Below, piece after piece: positions 62,101 through 64,000 of a DNA stretch of 64,000 bases. Under the pieces are notes generated by a model, which was given only the letters and a program-made list of their open reading frames with translations, did no database searches and was not told where the DNA came from. Every line of letters starts with the position of its first letter. Position 1 is the first letter of the stretch. The position numbers and the translations under genes were made by a program. Source of the DNA: Polymyxa betae A26-41 (taxonomy: Eukaryota > Protista > Endomyxa: Phytomyxea); contig RBZT01000215.1 of NCBI GenBank assembly GCA_003693705.1, forward strand, positions 83,552 to 147,551. Reading direction: 5' to 3'.

Positions 62101-63457
62101 GCTGCATCATCTATTAATGTATTAGATACTGGAGATAATAATGATCTATCTAATGATCATATTGCACTTAATGAACATGTTATTAATGATATGTCTGCTG
62201 AACAGATACAGACTATGTTAACTGCTACTGTTCAATCTACATCACATAATGCCAGTATGTTATCACACATGTTACATTCCTAACACTCACCTAATTATGT
62301 TACTCTATAGACTCACTATTGGATAAGCTGTTAGTAACATTAGAGGCGGATATACAATGCGATACAGGAGATGGATTACGTGCTGATATGAAATCACGCA
62401 TGCATTGTATTGGTGTATTAGTTAATCTAATAGCATCATTCAATCAATTAGATGATCGTGCTGAGACATCATTAGCACGATTACGTCGATTATGTTCATC
62501 ATTGCGACGGAGATGTATTAATCTACGTAATGATATTATTGATAAGATTGATGAAGATCTATTCTCTATAACTGGATTAAATCCCGTTATGATAGCTAAT
62601 CAATGTGATACAGATCGTTATGAATGTATGCAAGATTGTATACAGAGATCTATGATTGATATAGATTATAGACATGATCTTATCAAGCATGCATATAATA
62701 GACATATATCTATTGAATCAAATAATAGATATCTAAGTGCAATCGTTATATTTATTCAGGAGATTGTCAAGGGATTTGGACGTCTATATGCATATCTGAA
62801 TATAGAACAGGTCAGTGAATATCATGTTACAATGTGTCAGTCAACTGAGTAACATGAATATACAGATGACAACATTCTGTCATGGTATGGAATTTATGGT
62901 AGAAATCCTTACAGATGATCATGATGGTATACGTAAATCAAGTCGTGATGCATTACAACAGATTATAAGAGGACGTGAAGATGATCCACAGATCGAGTCA
63001 TTAGCTGCTCTATATGAGAAACTACTCCTGGGCCTGTACGATATCATCACCGATGATCTCAACGTCCAAGTTCTACGTCGCAAGAAGACCGATCTGTGCG
63101 CGGTTCTCGGTCTGCTTCTCCCTCAGGTAGATCATTGTGCAGGAGTCAGACGCGATCATTGACTCGATATCGTCCGTGTAGATTGCGAGCCATTCAGTTC
63201 AGGTCCGTGAGACATGCCTACGTCTGATTCTGTCCCTATGGGATGATCCCGACATACTGGTCCGCGATGTAGCTATTGATACAGTGCGGATCCTGGGTGC
63301 AGGACATCGTGTACCAGAGATTGATGCATTAATACGTCAGACAGGATCAGGTCCATCACAGCTTATGCAACATATTACAATTCGACTTAATAATGACACA
63401 TATGCTAGTAAGGAGAAGTTACAGAATCTTATGCAATGGCTCTTTAATAGAAGATAA
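56113..63457 (+). CDS. Very large (about 2100 aa) HEAT/ARM-like helical-repeat protein, 18 exons
   Basis: 17 GT-AG introns placed by eye keep one reading frame: 56270-56322, 56752-56804, 57265-57315, 57823-57870, 58422-58469, 58778-58825, 59146-59195, 59599-59646, 59985-60043, 60159-60213, 60340-60391, 60583-60637, 60789-60839, 61221-61275, 62255-62310, 62811-62865, 63127-63181. HEAT-like motifs LLADTDLHVRRRA, LLSHTDYQVRRDA, ILTDDHDGIRKSS, LWDDPDILVRDVA. TAA at 63455-63457. Confidence 0.75.
57277..57294 (+). repeat. Intronic telomere-like repeat TTTAGGGTTTTAGGGTTT
   Basis: Inside intron 57265-57315. Confidence 0.85.
57846..57863 (-). repeat. Intronic telomere-like repeat (C-strand on +: CTAAACCCTAAAACCCTA)
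   Basis: Inside intron 57823-57870. Confidence 0.85.
58795..58810 (-). repeat. Intronic telomere-like repeat (C-strand on +: AAACCCTAAACCCTAA)
   Basis: Inside intron 58778-58825. Confidence 0.85.
59999..60015 (+). repeat. Intronic telomere-like repeat TTAGGGTTTTAGGGTTT
   Basis: Inside intron 59985-60043. Confidence 0.85.
60805..60827 (-). repeat. Intronic telomere-like repeat (C-strand on +: AACCCTAAAACCCTAACCCTAAA)
   Basis: Inside intron 60789-60839. Confidence 0.85.
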
Positions 63458-63690
63458 ATACACGTCCACATACGGTCTGGTACGACCAGTACCTTTTGTC
63501 AGACGTAGAAACGTCTCATATATTTGATTAATCGTACCATAAGTCTGTTTAGGTTGTATAATCTGTAATCTATCTATCCGTCATTTATCAAAGGTTGATA
63601 TCGAACTGCAATGAGACTGACCAAATATCAGCAAATGTACTTGATAGAATATTTCAACAGACCGAAACAAATATGGAAGAAACTGATTGG

Positions 63691-63717
63691 TATTACTACG
63701 TAGATCACGTAGTAATA
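63691..63717. repeat. Perfect 11-bp inverted repeat TATTACTACGT-agatc-ACGTAGTAATA
   Basis: The arms are exact reverse complements; a third partial copy (TTACTACGT) follows at about 63720. Confidence 0.7.
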
Positions 63718-64000
63718 AATTACTACGTTTAACGTCTGCTTATACACAGAGACAGGTCGCCAAATGGTACAATAACAGCACACCAGACTGATATAAATCA
63801 GAACTCACTTTACAGATGGTTAACTGCAGATTCATATAAAAAGTATTGACATTGTTAGGGTTTTAACGAGCAGAGATCTACTATTGACAATCGTGATGAG
63901 ATACCGGTAGAGATATACAGATACATTATATGTTAGTTCTGGGATTTCATACAGTTTCAATCAGGTAATGATTCTTTATAGAAGATGACAATATTACGGA

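Overview
This is gene-dense eukaryotic nuclear DNA: about 30 protein-coding genes, short spliceosomal introns (mostly 45-60 nt, GT-AG with a few GC-AG) and very short intergenic gaps. It carries flagellar and centrosomal genes (CFAP210-like, CEP70-like, SPAG6/PF16, a CFAP20 paralogue, beta-tubulin). These, the intron style and TTTTAGGG-type repeats point to a zoospore-forming protist, most likely a plasmodiophorid (Phytomyxea, Rhizaria); that assignment is inference. Most genes are housekeeping (SF3B2, RPF1, NC2-alpha, HCCS, BolA, PUF, BPNT1, homoserine dehydrogenase, SPPL, FLVCR-type MFS). Four things stand out. (1) A 7.3-kb, 17-intron HEAT/ARM-like gene (56113-63457) has telomere-type repeats in both orientations in five introns and repeated GTAACAT/ATGTTAC motifs in six others. 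Two of its introns look like copies of each other, and its exons avoid homopolymer runs so strongly that the protein is almost lysine-free. The TPR gene at 49.4-51.7 kb shows a similar signature. (2) A DH-PH RhoGEF ends in a Pro-rich segment and a complete WH2-Central-Acidic (VCA) Arp2/3-activator tail. (3) A Tourist/PIF-Harbinger-like MITE with a TAA target-site duplication sits next to a perfect 26-bp x4 tandem repeat. (4) There is a decayed SAM-methyltransferase pseudogene. Exon boundaries were placed by eye and family calls come from motif recognition, not database searches.
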